Shown here: positions 58,501 through 64,000 of the stretch, in pieces
How the letters are laid out: every line of letters starts with the position of its first letter
Numbering within the stretch: position 1 is the first letter of the stretch
Source of the DNA: Neoechinorhynchus agilis
Taxonomy: Eukaryota > Animalia > Acanthocephala
Direction: 5' to 3'
Assembly: GCA_051530055.1 (NCBI GenBank)
Contig: CM121341.1
Span: 17,400,784 to 17,464,783, forward strand
DNA length: 64,000 bases
The notes under the pieces: model-generated
The model's input: the letters and a program-made list of their open reading frames with translations, nothing else
Told to the model about the DNA's origin: nothing
Databases searched by the model: none
Made by a program: the position numbers and the translations under genes

Positions 58501-59963
58501 ATGACTCGTTCTACAAAAAAATTAATTTTTTCGCTTCCAAACAGTCTAATGGTCACAAAAATGCATTCTATTTTTAGAAAGATCTTGATGATGGCTTCAA
58601 ATTGTGGAATAATTACCACTAGGAATCATAGTGAGATTTCAGCCTACATTAAATCAAAAGTTCAAACTCATTGTTTGCCTCGTAATGGCATGACTTTAGT
58701 ACACTTCGACGGTTCCCCAGACTTGGATTCTCCAGAAAACCTCTTGGCTGATAACATTAAAAAAGGCGTGAAATCCGAAAATGATGAAAGTTGGCTTCTT
58801 CCTTTAATCTACGATGAATATCTATCGAAAGTGTTTTGGCTAAAACCACCCTGGTCCCCTCATTTGCTCGACGGTGTCTATGAGTTCTTGGTAGGTAGAT
58901 GCTCAATTACAGGACGAATAAAATGTTCATGTAAAGACAATTATTTTGTCTCTCGGCAAATGTATTGTCCGGTTTCAAAGATGACAAATCAAAAGCCGTT
59001 TCGACTGGTAGTGCTAACAATGGGAATTGTGGGAAACTTCTCATTTCTTCATTTTTTGGTTCATTACTCATTTACACGAGAAGAGCGTCAAATATACACT
59101 TACAAGTCAGAAGAGCTTCCTTTACATGAAATAAAAGCGAAGTTTCAGAGAAATCCTAAGAAAAAACGGAAAGTATCTTCAACGGATTTAGCTTTAGATC
59201 ACGTTGAAGTGCTCATTTAATTGATCCGTTTTCAAACTTTAAAGAAGACGATGGTGGCGATAATAGCGTATTTCAGCGATTGCTAGGTAATAATGTCTGG
59301 CTATTAGACGTTGATCTTACCTTTTTCTCCGTTTTGGACGAAATGCAGTCTTTGATCGGTGATTATCCGCAGGACTATTTAGCTTATAGACGAGTCTATG
59401 GACAAGCCATGAACAGTCGAGACGAAAATGCGATCTTGAAACAATCGGAGAAAAGGTGTGAAGCTATGACACTTATTGAGCAGTACTACATTCGTGTTTT
59501 TGAACATGGAGACATTGTTCGAGACGATGATTTTATGTCTGATTTGATTGGTGTTATCAGAAAACACAAACTCGATTATAGGAAAGTTCACGCAAATGGT
59601 GTTCGATTCGCAGGAATGTGTGAACCCCATCACCAAGGAACAGAGGCCGAGGTAAAGTATTTGCTTTATGGTGTTGGGAATCTTCTAAAGAGCTTTCGTC
59701 AGAAGCCTGCGATGATCGCTATCGCTAAGTCCGTTGGCCGGTGTCCCGTAGACCAAAGCGCCTTAATTTTGAGAATGTTACAAGAAATGCTCGATGAACA
59801 TTATGCCGAGTACAATCCAGTGCATTTCATCTGCAATGAAAGCATCAGCAATGGTATTCAATGTGAAAACGATCCAGAGGCAGATAAATCACAAGATATC
59901 AGTGATTCTCTTTCAGCCATCGATTTAAGCACTGACGACGACGATGAACCGATTCAAATGTAA
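58501..59963 (+). CDS. UPF0489 family protein (C5orf22-like); at least one intron near 59198-59244
   Basis: NHSEI, TLVHFDGSPDL..PENLLAD, ESWLLPLIY..YLSKVFWLKPPW, FLVGR, NQKPFRLVV, WLLDVDLTFFSV, PHH, IAIAKS. Confidence 0.8.
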
Positions 59964-60284
59964 CGATTCGGAAACGTGTGCTTATTGTCAATAAGTAAAT
60001 AGATTAATGGACAAAACGCAAAATCGAACCTGTCATTCTCAAAGACTCGTAGTACGAAGCAAAACAATTATACTATCCAAATCTCAGTCTACCAAATACT
60101 TATTAGATTCTAACGTAAAATAGAGATTATAAACATTCACGCTCAAAAATATAATTCTTTCAAAAAGGAACAAAATCTCAGAGAACAAACAAATGATACA
60201 ATCATCTAGCCATAAGGGGCAAAATTTTCAATTCCAATACTTTGATTGTTTTCGTCCCTTTTCATTGTCCAATAATCGAAATGG

Positions 60285-61610
60285 GTTTTCTGCTTCTTCA
60301 CGAATATAATATTTTATAAATTTAGTCCGATCTCCGTAAACGTTTTGACCAAATGAGACATGTATTATTTTTATTAATGAAATAAGAAAATAGCTCTAGA
60401 TTTTCTTTGATGTCAGATAAAATAAGCAAATGCAGGTTTATATTTTTTGTTTTTCTGCTTCTTCGCGAATATAATATTTTATAAAATTAGTCCAATCTGC
60501 GTGAACGTTTTGACCAAAACCTGTTAGCAGAACTGACAAAGGATGAGACATGTATTATTTTTATTAATGAAATAAGAAAATAGCTCAGAATTTTCTCTGA
60601 TGTCAGATAAAATAAGCAAATGCAGGTTTATATTTTTTTCTCTGCTTCTTCACGAATATAATATTTTATAAATTTAGTCCAATCTCCATGAAAGTTTTGA
60701 CCAAAACTTTTTAGCAGGACTGACAAATGATGAGACATTTATTATTTTTATTAATGAAATAAGAAAATAGCTCTAGATTTTCTCTGATGTCAGATAAAAT
60801 AAGCAAATGCAGGTTTATATTTTTTTCTCTGCTTCACGAATATAATATTTTATAAATTTAGTCCAATCTCCGTGAAAGTTTCGACCAAAATTTTTAGCAG
60901 GACTGACAAATGATAAGACATTATTTTTATTAATGAAATAAGAAAATAGCTCTAGATTTTCTCTGATATCAGATAAAATAAGCAAATGCAGGTTTATATT
61001 TTTTGTTTCTCTGCTTCTTCACGAATGTAATATTTTATAAATTTAGTCCAATCTCCGTGAAAGTTTTGACCAAAAATTGTTAGCAGAACTGATAAATGAA
61101 GAGACATGTATTTTTTTTATGAAATAGAAAATAGCTCTAGGTTTTCTCTTATGTCAGACAAAATAAGTAGATGCACGTTTATATTTGATTTCTGCTTCAC
61201 GAATATAATATTTTATGAATTTAGTCCAATATCCGTGAACGTTTTGACCAAAACTTCTTAGCAGACCTGACAAATGATGAGACATGTATTATCTTTATTA
61301 ATGAAATAAGAAAGCAGCTCTAGATTTTCTCTGATGTCAGATAAAATAAGCAAATGCACGTCTATATTTTTTTTGCTTCTTCGCGAATATAATATTTTAT
61401 AAATTTAGTCCAATTTCCCTAAACGTTTTGACCAAAACTTCTTAGCATAACTGACAAATGATGAGACATGTATTATTTTTATTAATGAAATAAGAAAGCA
61501 GCTCTAGATTTTCTCTTATGTCAGATAAAATAAGTCATATGCACGTTTATATTTTTTTGTTTTTCTGCTTCTTCATGAATATAATATTTTATAACTTTAA
61601 TCCAATCTCC
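60285..61610. repeat. Tandem repeat, ~185-bp unit, ~7 copies
   Basis: ctgcttc(tt)cacgaatataatattttataaatttagtccaatctccgtga..gttttgaccaaaa recurs near 60290, 60456, 60641, 60828, 61012, 61193, 61374 and 61566. Confidence 0.95.
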
Positions 61611-64000
61611 GAGAAGAATTAGACTCCGCAAGGAATCTAAAATACACGACAGCAGTCCTGTTATGCGGGCAATTCGCGTCCCTTGAAATCAGGTCATCGT
61701 ATGTACGACAGTTCCCTTTGCCTTTACGATACAATGTCGTTGGCTTCCAGAAAAGGAACTGTTGCACGACCTGTGGGCAAGATGCCTCGGACCGAATTAT
61801 ATTGCCCGTGAACTGCAATCGTCTGTGGCGCAAATATTCACTGGGCGGTTGGACTCCGGCTATCTTCTACAGTGCTTTGTTGGTCACTTTATCTGACCAT
61901 CTGACCTTGAACGCCGCACGTAAGAGAGATGAATGATTTTGATCCTACTGCCTCGTCGCCGTCGATGAAAGTGTCCAGGTCTCTGCATTGTAGTAGAGAA
62001 TGCTCTCAATTAGAGTCCTGAACAGCTGCGAACGGAGTTCATCTGGCAAAGACTCACTGTCAAACAGTGGTTTAAGTTGCCCCATTGCTCTCCAAGCTAT
62101 AGCTCTCCGTCGGCTGACATCCGCACTCATCTCAGGAACGACAGCTCCCAGATAGACATATCGCTCTATCTGTTTTAATTGCTCAACGCCATTCAGCCCT
62201 TAGGCAGAGACTGTATGCGCGACACGCGGAATCGTCAAGAATTCCATCTTTTTCGAATTAATGGTCAGACCAATCATACTCGCCCTCTCGCACAGTCTAT
62301 TTAGCATGCGTTGAGCTCCTTCGACTGTTGAGGACATCAATACGATGTCGTCGGCATATGCCATGTAGGAGGCGCGTATCTCAGGATACCTGCGACCTCT
62401 TTTCCTCAACAGAAGAAATCCATCTTCATCATTCGGTAGTGCCCATCTCATTACCCAATCAAGCACCAAGATGAAGAGGAAAGGAGCCAATGTGTCGCCC
62501 TGCAGAACACCTGAAGTGGTGGAAAAGTATTCTGTCAAACCGTCAGCTGTCTTGACGGCGGACATTGTGTTTTTATATAATGCCAAAGCGGATGTGACAA
62601 TGATCGGCGGCACTCCATATTCCTTTAAGATACCGCCAATCATCGTTCGATTTACCGAATCGAAAGCTCGACGGAAATCAACAAATACCAGCGTCACATC
62701 CGTTTGATGAATTCGTGCCTCCTCGAGGATCCTCCTCAAAGCCAATATGTGCTCTGTGGTGCCTCGACCTTTCCTGAAGCCGTTCTGTTCAATTCTTAGA
62801 AACGGTTCGAGGATTGGCTGAATTCGGCGTCTCAAAATGCTGCTGAAAAGTTTTGCCGTGTTGGACATCAAGGATATACCTCTGTAGTCCTCCACCTTTG
62901 TCGAGCAGCATTTCTTGGGGATCATTGTTAAATGCGCCGTTTGCCAGATTTGAGGTACTGAGCCACCATTCATTATGCCATTCATTATCGGTATGATTTT
63001 TCTGGCAATAGATTCAAACCTCAGTACCTCTGCCATTATCCCATCTGGGCCTGATGCACGCCCGCACCCATCATTTTGGCCGCAGCGATCGCTTCCTGCA
63101 CGGATCTCGGTCCAGTGAAGTATGCCTCAGTGTTTGGGACGATTGTGCCTTTTCGAAGTGCAGGACTCACTTCCAAAGACGATAATGGCGAATTGAGAAT
63201 TTCCGCAAAATAATTTGCGATTCTCTTTTTTCTGTTTTCCGGGGAGAGACCTTCAATCAAAGTTGGCTGTCTTTGGGATCTTCCTGTGAGAGTGTTTATC
63301 GCTCTCCATGCTAAGGAGGTACGAACAAAACCTTCCTTATATGCGATCCCGCGAACTGCATCCTCTATCGAAGCCTTTTGCTTTTCATTATAGAGGTTGG
63401 CAAGTTCAAGACTTGCAATGCGAGCCTCAGATCGTTTCCCTCTTTTTCTTAGAGTTTTGATCTGCTCAGCCATTGCCATTAATTCACAGTCCTCCTGCCA
63501 TATAACCTTTGCAGCTTTTATACGCCTCATTTTTGGGAGGGTTTTCTCGGCCGCTTCGGTCACTGCGTCGCAGATTGACTTGTAATAAAAATCAATATCC
63601 GTTTCAGCAGCTGGCATCGAGCTCAGTTGATTCTCTAGTTCGATATCGAACTCTTTCCTCTTCTCCTCATTAGCGACGGCGCAATAGAACGGGCGTGGAG
63701 GATGCTGAGGCGTACTGAACAACGAGTCACTCATGCTCAACTGACACATCACCAACTTGTGGTCGGTTGGAAGCCCATCAACTGTGAATGTGTCAGCGTT
63801 TTTGACCCGACATTTTTCCTTACGTCTCAACAATATATGGTCAAGCTGAGCTAAGCGTCTCTTGGGATTTTTTCCCATGGCATGTTTGGACGGATTCTTT
63901 TGACCCATAAACGCCGCCAAACGCCACGCAAGCTTCCGGAATAAAGTGTTAGCAGACACGAGATCATGCCGCTCCAGCGCCTCAACCAAGTATCGGCTGT
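61600..64000 (-). mobile_element. RTE-like LINE (APE endonuclease C-terminus + reverse transcriptase), frameshifted, runs off the window
   Basis: LDHIL...TDHKLV (APE); ASGPDGI; IPKK..DYRGISL; QNGFRKGRGTTEHI; VFVDFRRAFDSV; GVLQGDTLAPFLF; YADD; YLG; RHRRLQFTGNIIR. Frameshifts near 63065 and 62200. Confidence 0.92.

Overview
Eukaryotic nuclear DNA from an AT-rich, compact-genome metazoan. Anillin, an animal-type MRPS24, TTC7 and LIM-only proteins support Metazoa, but the species cannot be named from sequence alone. Recognisable genes: two inverted paralogous secreted LRR genes, two 4-LIM genes, GINS1/Psf1, anillin plus a near-identical truncated C2-PH duplicate, TTC7, three Pmp3/UPF0057 proteolipids, CHAF1A, MRPS24, Rieske UQCRFS1, POLK, TYW3, MYBBP1A/Pol5 and a UPF0489 (C5orf22-like) gene. 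Between them lie Penelope-like remnants with hammerhead-ribozyme motifs, at least six CRE/RLE-type LINE fragments, CR1/L2-like and RTE-like LINEs, foldback MITEs, a ~137-bp satellite (~27 copies) and a ~185-bp tandem array. The most unusual signal is intron architecture. Alongside ordinary 23-60 nt GT-AG introns, several introns in conserved genes either have no frame-restoring GT-AG solution (POLK introns 1 and 2, a MYBBP1A intron) or fit the protein better without one (Psf1, TYW3, MRPS24). Many have ends clamped by inverted repeats, suggesting a hairpin-defined, possibly transposon-derived non-canonical intron class. Many start codons also sit directly behind a splice-acceptor AG, suggesting SL trans-splicing. 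All protein comparisons are by eye from remembered family motifs; no searches were run.
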